A stretch of 58,285 bases of DNA from a virus. Taxonomy: Duplodnaviria > Caudoviricetes. The notes under the pieces were generated by a model. The model saw only the letters and a list, made by a program, of their open reading frames with translations, did no database searches and was not told the DNA's origin. Every line of letters starts with the position of its first letter. The first letter of the stretch is position 1. Positions 19,290 to 28,360 of this stretch are shown here, in pieces. A program made the translations under genes and the position numbers. The stretch spans positions 1 to 58,285 of IMG/VR virus record IMGVR_UViG_3300050190_000052; one strand, written 5' to 3'.

Positions 19290-19763
19290 ACGGCTGATGA
19301 TCGGCATTACATAGGCGGAGATAACTATATTTTAGACGACCTGAGCGGCTTCAAAATCCGCGCGTCGAAAGCCCGCATCATTCCTGGCGGCCAGACGGGC
19401 AATCTGGCGGTGGCTCCGGACCGGTGGGAACCGCAGCAACCCCAGGATTTCGTAACTGGCGTACGAGACGATCAGGTGGCCCAACTCGTACGGCCGCGGC
19501 AGGTCAATCAGTTCGTCATCCTTGGCACCTTCGTGACCGCCCCGTCCGCGCGTCAGTCGAGCGCCATCACCGTAGACTCTACTGTCGGCTTCTCGATCGG
19601 CAATCGCATCCAGATCATGTTGGATAGCGGCGAGAATTTTCTGACCCATATTGGCGGAATTTCCGGGTATATCTTCACATTGGCCACACCGCTTCCCGCA
19701 AGTGTGGGGTCGCTCTTCGGTGATCCGATCGAGAACTCGGTGCTTCAACTGAGTCTGACCTGA
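19290..19763 (+). CDS. neck-associated virion protein, probable ACG start
   Basis: Frame open from ACG 19290 after AGGAGG; DDRHYIGGDNYILDDLSGFKIRAS...WEPQQPQDFVTGVRDDQ; ORF track starts it at GTG 19410. Confidence 0.65.
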   Translation, partial: TADDRHYIGGDNYILDDLSGFKIRASKARIIPGGQTGNLAVAPDRWEPQQPQDFVTGVRDDQVAQLVRPRQVNQFVILGTFVTAPSARQSSAITVDSTVGFSIGNRIQIMLDSGENFLTHIGGISGYIFTLATPLPASVGSLFGDPIENSVLQLSLT

Positions 19764-19764
19764 A

Positions 19765-21168
19765 ATGGCGAATTTTCAGGTCTGGTTTCGACTGAACAAC
19801 GGCGAATGGAACGGCAGCCCGTCCGCCGATCCGGTTGCCAACGTTGGCGGCATCGACATTTCGGCGATGGCTGGCACCACGATGTTCCCGACAGTCCAGG
19901 CGACCGGCGATGCCGGGATCACCTGTAATTTCGGCGCGACGGGGTTTTCATTCTCCGTTCCCTCTGGATACACCGCCGGCTGGCCGCATGTCGGCGGCGG
20001 CTTCACCACGCTCGATCCGACCAAGCTCTATGGCAGTGCGTCGATAAGCGGAGCGGACCTTGCTTGCTCCTTTCCGACTGCTGCCGGAATGGCGCAGGCG
20101 GTCGATGGCTACGCGACCGGCCAATACTATTTCGAGTTGGTCAATCCAACGGCTGATATCTTCTCAGCCTGGTGGGGTGGCGGCGTCGCTGCCAATTTCG
20201 CGGCCGGCGGCAATTATAATTACTGGATGGTCGGCGCCGCATTCAGCGGGTCCAGCAATCTGGGCGGCGCGCAAGTATCCGGCCAGGGCCTCGCGCACGA
20301 ACTTTCGTCCTTGATAGCGCTTGGATCGGCGGTTGTCCGGGATGTGTTCGACTTCGCGGCTGGAGTGGGAAACGTCGTTGGTGTCGCGGTATTCCTGACG
20401 GCGATCCCCTTACAGCCGGGTGTTCCAGCCCCATTCTGCGGCGACACGCATACCACCTCCAGCTTTACAGCCTCCTGGACACCGGCCGGCGCCGCGGCGA
20501 CATCCTACACGTTGGATTATCGCAAGGTGCTCGATGTCTCCTTCACTGAGATAACGGGGATTACCGGGACCAGTCAGGTTATTACCGGCCTTGACCGGGG
20601 CACTGCCTATGAGTTCAAGGTCAATGCCATCAATGGCGCGGGTGACAGCGGCTTTTCTGCCCTCACGCAATGCTCTACCAGCACGGTTTTCGCGCCCGTC
20701 AGCGCCGGGGCCACGCTCTGCGGCTGGCGCGGCCTGTGCGGCATCAACTGGCACGGCATGGCACTTGTGGGCGACAAGTTCAGCAACGTCATCGGCCTGT
20801 CGGACTTCACCATTTTCAAGGAATACAGCAACCCGATGCGGATGCTGGTGACATCCCCCCCGATGCACGATGACCGCAAGCGCATCTTCGTTCCGAGGTT
20901 CGAAATCGAGGTTGAGGCAGGGCTCGGACTTCCCAACGCCCCGGAGACCGCCCCAATCATGGTGCTCGACATATCGAAGGACGGCGGCGTGACGTGGCAA
21001 CCGATGCAGAAATTCCGTTCCATGGGAGCCGCCGGGGAGTATCGCAAGCGCTTGCGGTGGCTGGCGCTTGGTCACGCCAGGCAGTGGATATTCCGGCTCA
21101 CCTATTCGGACGCGGCACGGCCTGCCATTATCGGCGCCTATGGAGATTTCAATAAGGGGCTCGGTTAA
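19765..21168 (+). CDS. SPRY-like + FN3 domains fused to C-terminal part of a P22 gp10-like tail hub protein
   Basis: VWFRLNNGEWNG...TGQYYFEL (SPRY-like); SFTASWTP..SYTLDYRK..ITGLDRGTAYEFKVNAINGAG (FN3); ALVGD...SKDGGVTW..SMGAAGEYRKRLRWLALGHARQWIFRL (gp10 C-part). Confidence 0.75.
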   Translation: MANFQVWFRLNNGEWNGSPSADPVANVGGIDISAMAGTTMFPTVQATGDAGITCNFGATGFSFSVPSGYTAGWPHVGGGFTTLDPTKLYGSASISGADLACSFPTAAGMAQAVDGYATGQYYFELVNPTADIFSAWWGGGVAANFAAGGNYNYWMVGAAFSGSSNLGGAQVSGQGLAHELSSLIALGSAVVRDVFDFAAGVGNVVGVAVFLTAIPLQPGVPAPFCGDTHTTSSFTASWTPAGAAATSYTLDYRKVLDVSFTEITGITGTSQVITGLDRGTAYEFKVNAINGAGDSGFSALTQCSTSTVFAPVSAGATLCGWRGLCGINWHGMALVGDKFSNVIGLSDFTIFKEYSNPMRMLVTSPPMHDDRKRIFVPRFEIEVEAGLGLPNAPETAPIMVLDISKDGGVTWQPMQKFRSMGAAGEYRKRLRWLALGHARQWIFRLTYSDAARPAIIGAYGDFNKGLG

Positions 21169-23135
21169 TGGCAGTCCTCACCACCAGCGGAACCTACACC
21201 TACTCAGCATCGGCGATCAGCCTTCTGACGGCGGCGCTCCGTATTTGTCAGGCCATCGGAGAGGATGAGACGCCCGCTGGCGTCGAACTTCAAAATGGCC
21301 TCGACGCGTTCAATCTTCTGGTCAAAAACATCCAGGTCTCTGGCGCGCATGTCTGGATCCAGGAGGAGGCAATTCTGTTCCTGCAACCGGGGCAGTCGCG
21401 CTATCAGCTTGGCGCCGGTAGTCCTGATAACGCGTGCCTGTTCGCTGATCTCACGACGACCTCGATCACGGTCAATTCGACAGGCACCACAGCGACCGTC
21501 GCCTCGATTGCAGGGATCAACAGCGGCGACACGATCGGCATTCAACTCGACGTCGGCTCGATCTTCTGGACCACCGTAGACGGCGCTCCATCGGGAGCAA
21601 CCATCACGCTGACCGCCGCACTTCCTTCGCAGGCTTCATTGACCAATCTGGTCTTCGACTTTGCCGCGCCGTTATCCAGACCGCTGAAAGTGCGCGGCGC
21701 GCGGCGCTTCACATATGCGACGCAGTCCGAGACGCCCTTGATCCCGATGACGCGGCTCGATTACGCGAACCTGTCGACGAAACAAGCGACCGGCATCGTT
21801 CAGAACTTCTTCTTCGATCCGCAGACTGGCCAGGGTGCCTACGCCAATTTGATCGCGGTCATGAGTTTTTACCCGGCGGCGCTCAACGACACGATGGCTG
21901 TTCGGTTCACCGCGCAACGGCCGATCCAGGACTTCGCCACGCTCGCCAACATCCCGGACTTCCCGGCGGAGTGGTTGGCCGCGCTCAAATGGATGCTCGC
22001 CGCCGAGATCGGGCCCGAGTATGGGGTTCCCCCTACGATCATGGAGATCATCAAGGGGCAGGCCGGGCCGAAGCTGGAGATGCTGATTGCCTGGGATAAA
22101 GAGGATACCGGGACCAGCACGCTGCCATTCGTCCAGCCGGTCTATCAACTGATCGCACGCGCGTTGCGAATCTGTAACGCCATCGGGCCGCAGGACGTCC
22201 CCGCGCTTGGCCTGGTGAACAACGGCATTATCGCGCTGAACGCGTTGATCCAACAATGGCAGGCCAGCGACATCCATGTTTGGTGTGAGGAAGAGGCGAT
22301 CCTTTTCCCTCAGCCAGCGCAACCGCGCTATTCCATAAGCAGCGCCAGCACTGATCATGCCACGTTGTTCAACACGCTCATTCAGACCACGCTGGCGGTC
22401 ACCGCGGCGGCCGGCGCCGGGACGATCACACTCACGTCCGCCTCCGGCGTGCAGAGCGGGGACAACATTGGGATCCAGCTCGACCTGGGTACGAATTTCT
22501 GGACAACCGTGAACGGTGCGCCGGCGGGTAATGTCGTGACGCTTACGAACTCGGTCCCGTCTCAGGCCAGCGCGCCGGCGATCGTCTTCGACTACACGAC
22601 GCCGTTGATCCGGCCGCTCCGGGTCTACGGCGGCAGACGATACAATTATCTGAGCCGGATCGACACGCCGATGCAGATGTGGGCGCGGCTCGATTATCAG
22701 CAGCAACCGAACAAGAACACGACCGGCGTGCAAACGGCCTTCTTCTACGATCCGCAGACCTCGCCAACGCCGTTTGGCTCATCTCAGCTTGGCTCAGCAC
22801 TGCTCAACCTATGGCCGAGCCCGTCGAATAATCAGTTCGGGTTCCGGTTCACAGCCCAGAGGCCGATCGCGCTGCTGACGGACCTTACCTCTAGCGCGGA
22901 TTTCCCGGTCGAATGGCAGAACGCCATTGCCTTCAACCTGGCACTCGAACTCTGGCCGGAGTACGGAAAGGAACCTGAGACCGGCGTCGGTTATGGCGCG
23001 ATGGCACGGATCAGCGCATTCCAGGCAGTGGGGATGCAGGCGGCCGAAAAGCTCCGCATGGCCCAGGGATGGGATCGGGAACCTGAGTCGGTAATGTTCG
23101 GGGTTGCCATGTACCCCGGCGCGCGGCGAGGATAG
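21168..23135 (+). CDS. head-to-tail adaptor (P22 gp4-like), internally duplicated
   Basis: Two homologous halves: LLTAALRIC...HVWIQEEAILF...DFPAEWLAALKWMLAAEIGPEYG and LIARALRIC...HVWCEEEAILF...DFPVEWQNAIAFNLALELWPEYG. Confidence 0.75.
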   Translation: MAVLTTSGTYTYSASAISLLTAALRICQAIGEDETPAGVELQNGLDAFNLLVKNIQVSGAHVWIQEEAILFLQPGQSRYQLGAGSPDNACLFADLTTTSITVNSTGTTATVASIAGINSGDTIGIQLDVGSIFWTTVDGAPSGATITLTAALPSQASLTNLVFDFAAPLSRPLKVRGARRFTYATQSETPLIPMTRLDYANLSTKQATGIVQNFFFDPQTGQGAYANLIAVMSFYPAALNDTMAVRFTAQRPIQDFATLANIPDFPAEWLAALKWMLAAEIGPEYGVPPTIMEIIKGQAGPKLEMLIAWDKEDTGTSTLPFVQPVYQLIARALRICNAIGPQDVPALGLVNNGIIALNALIQQWQASDIHVWCEEEAILFPQPAQPRYSISSASTDHATLFNTLIQTTLAVTAAAGAGTITLTSASGVQSGDNIGIQLDLGTNFWTTVNGAPAGNVVTLTNSVPSQASAPAIVFDYTTPLIRPLRVYGGRRYNYLSRIDTPMQMWARLDYQQQPNKNTTGVQTAFFYDPQTSPTPFGSSQLGSALLNLWPSPSNNQFGFRFTAQRPIALLTDLTSSADFPVEWQNAIAFNLALELWPEYGKEPETGVGYGAMARISAFQAVGMQAAEKLRMAQGWDREPESVMFGVAMYPGARRG

Positions 23136-23138
23136 GCC

Positions 23139-24359
23139 ATGGCTGAACTTCAGTTCGCAGCCCAGAGTTATCAGGCCAGAAGCATGCAACTGCTCGCGCA
23201 GCAGTGCATGAACGCCTTCGTCGAGCCGACACCGAAAGAAGGCAAGACCCAAATGCCGATCTATGGCATTCCCGGGCTCAACCTGTTCTCTCGGTTCGGC
23301 AACGGGCCAGTGCAGCAGATGCACATCATGCTGGATACCCTGTATGCGATATCTGGCGGGGAGCTTTGGTCCATCAATTACTCCGACGCGCTCAATGCCC
23401 CGGCGGGCACGTCGGTGCCGGCAACATTCTGGGGCGAGACGTCGATTGGAGGACTCTATGTTTCCATGGCGGACAATGCCAACCAGTTAGTCATGGTCGA
23501 TGGCGACGTGGCCTGGATCTTTCAGTGGGGCGGTCTCAATCAGGTGACGACGGCGACTCAGGAAGCTGGCGCCACTTTCGTCGAAGCGAATATCATAGGG
23601 ACGATTACCAGCGGCGACACGATCTTCATAGCACTCGACAGCGGCGCGACGTTGACCACGACGGCAACAGTGACTGTGGGACCGTTGGATCTCGGTATCG
23701 CGTTTGCTGATCCGCTTCCGGCAGTCCTCACCGCGGGCGCCATTATCATCGATCCGTCCAATACGCTGGCGGCGATCACCGCTCCGTCCTTCCAGCCGGC
23801 GACAACGGTTCGCTACTTCGACGGTTATTTCGTCTTCAGTGCGAAGAACACTCGGCAGTTCTTTCTGTCTTCGATTAACGATGGAACGCAATATTCTGGT
23901 TTGGACTTCGCTACCGCCAGTTCGGGCAGCGATTTCATTCAGGCCGTGGAGATATATCATGAGCAGTTGCTGTTGTTTTGCCGGACCTATACGGAAATCT
24001 GGTGGGACTCGGGAGCCGTGACATTCCCGTTTCTGCGGTATGACGCAGCGCAAATTGCCCGTGGTCTGGCGTCGCCCTATGCGGTGTGCTCAGAGGACAA
24101 TACGGTTTTCTGGATCGGCGAAGATGGGATCTCCTACCGCCTGAATGGGTTTCAGCCCACGCGAATAAGCACCTTTGCGATGGAGCACGCATGGGCACAA
24201 TATCCATTGAAGTTCAACGACGTCAGCATGTTCGTTCTCGACCAGGAGGGACATAAATTCGTGGTTTGCAATTTCTTCAGTGGATGCGCCACATGGGTGT
24301 ACGACATCGGAAGCACCCTTTGGCATGAACGACAGAGCTTCGGGACGCCCTGGGTTTAG
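23139..24359 (+). CDS. N-terminal part of P22 gp10-like DNA stabilisation / tail hub protein
   Basis: QSYQARS...VSMADN..QLVMVDG...YFDGYFVF...LDFATA...TEIWWDSG...QEGHKFVV..TWVYDIGSTLWHERQS, then stop. Confidence 0.8.
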   Translation: MAELQFAAQSYQARSMQLLAQQCMNAFVEPTPKEGKTQMPIYGIPGLNLFSRFGNGPVQQMHIMLDTLYAISGGELWSINYSDALNAPAGTSVPATFWGETSIGGLYVSMADNANQLVMVDGDVAWIFQWGGLNQVTTATQEAGATFVEANIIGTITSGDTIFIALDSGATLTTTATVTVGPLDLGIAFADPLPAVLTAGAIIIDPSNTLAAITAPSFQPATTVRYFDGYFVFSAKNTRQFFLSSINDGTQYSGLDFATASSGSDFIQAVEIYHEQLLLFCRTYTEIWWDSGAVTFPFLRYDAAQIARGLASPYAVCSEDNTVFWIGEDGISYRLNGFQPTRISTFAMEHAWAQYPLKFNDVSMFVLDQEGHKFVVCNFFSGCATWVYDIGSTLWHERQSFGTPWV

Positions 24360-24376
24360 ATGGGGAGCCACTTAAA

Positions 24377-26914
24377 ATGTCTGGTAGCAGCAAAAACAGT
24401 TCCGTAGCGCCCACCAAACTCACACCGATGGCGATGGATCAGCCGATCGGTCAGACTGGCGACGGCCAACCGATCCTTGCGACCAGTTATTTCGGCCAGG
24501 TGATAACGCGGATACTGGCGTACCTCGGACAGCCCGCGCCGGCCAGTGCGAGTGGCGGCGGCGGCAGCGGAGGCAACAATCTAACCATATCGGAACAGAT
24601 CAGCCAACTTAATACCTCGATAACCGTGCTCCAGGCTGCTGGATCTTCATCATCCGGGATGTCCGGTCGCATATCGGGGATCGAGGAGGCCCTTCAAAAA
24701 ATCCGGCCCTGGGTTCCATCCGCGCCAGCCATGCCGGGCGCCGCGGGAGCGGCTGGACTGACAGGACTGCGCGGGGCACCTGGACTACCTGGATCAAACG
24801 GCCTGCCCGGGCCGCCAGGACAACCCTCCGAGTGGAGCGGTGGGACGGTGTCGGCAGTCGGCACATCGCTCGCCATCACCTCCGGGACCATCAACCTCGG
24901 CACTGTGGCGGCCGGAAACATCCTGGGTAACTCAGGCAGCGTGGGGGCAATACCAACAGCAACGGCGATCGGAGCCAATCTGACGATCGCGGCAGGAACC
25001 CTGAGTGCCAGCGCGGGAGGGTCGACAACGACGATAATCGCTGGATCGAACCTCAATGTTGGCGCGGGGCCGGGTGGGACGATAACGACCAGCGGAACCC
25101 TCAATCTACAGAACTCGCCGACGATCTCAGTGTCCTCGACGTTCCCGATGGTCCTGGACGGCGGAACGGTTGTCTCCGCAAGCCCCTTGCCGAGCGGGAC
25201 GCTTCTGCAACTGAGCAATATCAACGGCCAAAACACACGTATTCTGCTTGATGCTTTCGGCCACAATTCCGGGCGACTTTCCTCCCGTCAGGCAAATGGG
25301 ACCAGTAGCGTTCCGCTCGCGAGCTCTTCTGGATATGCCAATTGGACTGCGGACGGGCTGGCGTTCGACGGCACGAATTACGTTGCAAATGCGAGTATAA
25401 CCTTTTTAACGGCCGAGAACATTACGCCCACGGCAAATGGCGGCCAGATGCAATTTGCGGTTTCACAAATCGGATCTGTTACTTCTGTGACCCCTCTTAC
25501 TATCGTGGGTAATGCGAATGGCGTTGTGCTTGTGGGTAATGGCGCGACGGTATCAGGGACCGACGTACTTCAGGTCACCGGTGGAACGGCAACCGACAAC
25601 CTGGGCGTCTCGGGGACACTTTCTGCCTTTCCGTTTGGCGCCGGCCTGACACTGACGGCGGGCTCACTCGCGGCCACTGCCGCCGCGCCAGAGTGGACGG
25701 CCGGCACAGTCACGGCCATTGGGTCCAATGTCACACTGACCGCCGGGACTCTCTCGGCTACGGCGCCGGGGACCGGCACGGTCACCAACATTGCTACCTC
25801 GGGCGCGGGGATCACGGGCGGTCCAATCACCACGACAGGCACGCTCGCCGTCGAGTGGAATGGCGGCACGGTGGCATCACTCGGAACCGGGCTGTCGCTC
25901 GTGGGAACGGCGCTCACCCCCACCTATCAGGCCGGCTCTCTCACTGCGTTTCACGCCGGGCTTACTCTGGCCACGGGGACGCTAACGCCCGACTGGAATG
26001 GCGGTGTGGTGACCGCGATTGGGTCCAACGTCACCTTGACGTCAGGCACGCTCTCGGCCTCAGCTCCCGGCACTGGCACCGTGACGCAACTCGTCGCTGG
26101 ATCGAACCTCACCGGTGGGACGATCACCGGGTCGGGGACGGTCGCGATCCAGTCAAGTCCAACCTTCGCGGCGGCGGCGGGATATGCCCCAGTTGTAGTC
26201 AATGCCAATAGCATCATACCGTCCGTCCCGACCCACAGTGGTACGGTAATCCAACTTGTCGGAGCGCCTGCGGCAAACTCCAGGTTCTTGATTGACGCCA
26301 TCGGCGGAAATCCTGCTTACTCAGGACGGCGAGCGGATGGGACCGCTGGTACGTTGAGTGCCGTTTCTTCCGGCGAAAACCTTACGACATTCTCGGTGGC
26401 AGGCTACGGCGCGACAAATTACGGAACGAACCAAACTTTTCTACAGGTCACCACTTCCGAGAACTATACTGACTCCGCCCAAGGCTTCGGTATCTCTTTT
26501 AGCACCGTCGCGAATACAACGGTTACGCTTACGCAACGCGGAACGATAACAAACGATGGCATACTGGTCTGGGGCGCGACCACGGCCACCGGCGCCGCTA
26601 AACTTCAGGTCACCGGTGGAACGGCAACCGATACGCTCATCCTGAATTCAGCGACTGTCCTCCCGGTCCTGACAGGCACCACGGGCAGCATCGGGGGTTC
26701 GGCTCTTCTCGCTGGCCAGGACGCAACGGGGACGGTGGCCATCGCCGGGGTCACAACGGCCATGGCGGTAGATGCGTCGCCGGTCACCTATCCTGGGGCC
26801 GGGGTGTTCTGGAACGGCTACGTGTCGTCGGCGGGAACGGTCACGGTTGCCGTGGGAGCGGCCATAGCGCTGACTCCTGCGGCCTCGAATTATAACATTC
26901 GCGTTACTCAGTGA
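24377..26914 (+). CDS. tail fibre with short collagen-like segment and internal repeats
   Basis: 845 aa G/T/A/S-rich; GAAGAAGLTGLRGAPGLPGSNGLPGPPGQP; repeated W(S/T/N)(G/A)G.V.A.GS.(L/V)..T.GTL and LQVTGGTATD. Confidence 0.8.
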   Translation: MSGSSKNSSVAPTKLTPMAMDQPIGQTGDGQPILATSYFGQVITRILAYLGQPAPASASGGGGSGGNNLTISEQISQLNTSITVLQAAGSSSSGMSGRISGIEEALQKIRPWVPSAPAMPGAAGAAGLTGLRGAPGLPGSNGLPGPPGQPSEWSGGTVSAVGTSLAITSGTINLGTVAAGNILGNSGSVGAIPTATAIGANLTIAAGTLSASAGGSTTTIIAGSNLNVGAGPGGTITTSGTLNLQNSPTISVSSTFPMVLDGGTVVSASPLPSGTLLQLSNINGQNTRILLDAFGHNSGRLSSRQANGTSSVPLASSSGYANWTADGLAFDGTNYVANASITFLTAENITPTANGGQMQFAVSQIGSVTSVTPLTIVGNANGVVLVGNGATVSGTDVLQVTGGTATDNLGVSGTLSAFPFGAGLTLTAGSLAATAAAPEWTAGTVTAIGSNVTLTAGTLSATAPGTGTVTNIATSGAGITGGPITTTGTLAVEWNGGTVASLGTGLSLVGTALTPTYQAGSLTAFHAGLTLATGTLTPDWNGGVVTAIGSNVTLTSGTLSASAPGTGTVTQLVAGSNLTGGTITGSGTVAIQSSPTFAAAAGYAPVVVNANSIIPSVPTHSGTVIQLVGAPAANSRFLIDAIGGNPAYSGRRADGTAGTLSAVSSGENLTTFSVAGYGATNYGTNQTFLQVTTSENYTDSAQGFGISFSTVANTTVTLTQRGTITNDGILVWGATTATGAAKLQVTGGTATDTLILNSATVLPVLTGTTGSIGGSALLAGQDATGTVAIAGVTTAMAVDASPVTYPGAGVFWNGYVSSAGTVTVAVGAAIALTPAASNYNIRVTQ

Positions 26915-27027
26915 GCGGCGACATCTGCCGCGGATGCGGATAACTTGCGGGAGTGAGTGTTTTCCTGTTACCTGCGTAATGCGGGCCCAGAAGCGCCTCC
27001 CATCGAGCAACAGGATGTGGAATTCGC

Positions 27028-27369
27028 ATGGCACCGCCGGTTCAGCAGATCATCGAGACCCAACAGCTCGGCAGCAGCGCCGGGCTGCTTTACACATCCC
27101 CATCGAACGTCTGGACGCAGATCATCGCATTGACCGCGGTGAACACGGACACGGCGACCCGCACGATTACGCTCTACATCGTGCCAAGCGGTGGATCGGC
27201 CGGCGCACCGACCGAAAGCACGCCTCCTCGCGCGCTCCTCGCCGGCGGCGGCTACAATGGCCAGAACGAGTATGGGATGGTCCTCAATCCCGGTGACGCG
27301 ATATGGGGCGTTGCCGACACCGCGGCGAAGGTGAACGTATTCGCCTCTGGCCTGTTGAACGTGTCCTGA
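27028..27369 (+). CDS. small tail-associated protein
   Basis: LLYTSPSN...VNTDTATRTITLYIVPSGGSAG...VLNPGDAI. Confidence 0.65.
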   Translation: MAPPVQQIIETQQLGSSAGLLYTSPSNVWTQIIALTAVNTDTATRTITLYIVPSGGSAGAPTESTPPRALLAGGGYNGQNEYGMVLNPGDAIWGVADTAAKVNVFASGLLNVS

Positions 27370-27370
27370 G

Positions 27371-27925
27371 ATGGGGCATTTCACCCTCATCGCCAAGGAT
27401 ATAGACGTCGCGCCATTGCTGGCCGAGATCGACGCCAATCCTGGACTCTGGAATGACCGTCCAGAGCGGCGTGCGGGCAATTCGCCGCATCGGGAGACAT
27501 CGGACCTCTGGATCCGGTATGCCAGCAAAGAAGAGATGCGCGGGCCGGGATTTATGCAACGGGAACACCAATCGGTCTGGTGGCCGGCCTTTCATGTGCT
27601 CCTTTCGCTACCGTCCATAATCGTGCAGTTCATGCGATTGGTGAGTCCGGTGCGAACCGGCGGCATCCTGATGACCCGCATCCCGCCCGGTTGCCAGGTC
27701 TATCCGCATGATGACCGGGGAAGCTGGCACTCAGAGTATTACACCACCAAGGTCTGGCTTGTGCTCCGGGGGAATGACCGGTGCGTGAACACCGTCGAGG
27801 ACGAGGAGATGGTGTGGAAGCAGGGAGAGGCATGGAGCCACGATAATCTGATTACGCATTCAGTGCGGAACGACGGCGACTCCGAGCGGATTGTTCTCAT
27901 AATGTGCTTCAGGAGGGACGAATGA
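27371..27925 (+). CDS. Asp/Asn beta-hydroxylase-like 2OG-Fe(II) oxygenase
   Basis: IPPGCQVYPHDD (HxD), GEAWSHDNLITHSVRNDGDSERIVLIMC (distal His and Arg). Confidence 0.8.
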   Translation: MGHFTLIAKDIDVAPLLAEIDANPGLWNDRPERRAGNSPHRETSDLWIRYASKEEMRGPGFMQREHQSVWWPAFHVLLSLPSIIVQFMRLVSPVRTGGILMTRIPPGCQVYPHDDRGSWHSEYYTTKVWLVLRGNDRCVNTVEDEEMVWKQGEAWSHDNLITHSVRNDGDSERIVLIMCFRRDE

Positions 27926-28287
27926 TCCGGTCCGTTCTTGAACCGTTCGCCATGGCGTTTCCGGCCGACAATATCCGACATCATTTTGTTGGTCAGGACG
28001 ATGCGAAGGGCATCTACGCGAAGGAGTTGCGCATTCCCGCCGGCTTCGTTCTGGTGTCTCATGAACATGATTACGACCATCTGAGCATTCTGGCCTCTGG
28101 CACCATCCGGCTGATGATCGACGGTGCCACATGGCTTTACCATGGACCGATCGCGCTGCCGATCCGGAAGGGTCAGCCGCACACACTCACCGCGGTAACC
28201 AATACCGTATGGTTCTGCATTCACCCGACCGACGAGACTGACGAGGCGAAGGTCGATGATGTGATCCTGTCGAAGGAACTGAGATAA
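27922..28287 (+). CDS. cupin-fold protein
   Basis: GIYAKELRIPAG..LVSHEHDYDHLSILASG...H...TVWFCIHPTDETD. Confidence 0.75.
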   Translation: MIRSVLEPFAMAFPADNIRHHFVGQDDAKGIYAKELRIPAGFVLVSHEHDYDHLSILASGTIRLMIDGATWLYHGPIALPIRKGQPHTLTAVTNTVWFCIHPTDETDEAKVDDVILSKELR

Positions 28288-28360
28288 TGGTTAATCCTAA
28301 CCTCCTGTCCGGCAAGCGGCGCCCTCGCGCGGCTTTGTCGGCGACCCAGGAGTAAAGCCG

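Noticed and set aside
24360-24369. 10-nt match of spacer 2 (GATGGGGAGC) upstream of the tail fibre gene
   Set aside because: Too short, no PAM, expected by chance; the 49606 match is far better and conserves the peptide.
24377-26914. Diversity-generating retroelement or invertible tail-fibre cassette
   Set aside because: No reverse transcriptase or invertase; the repeats are in-frame duplications without adenine-specific variation.
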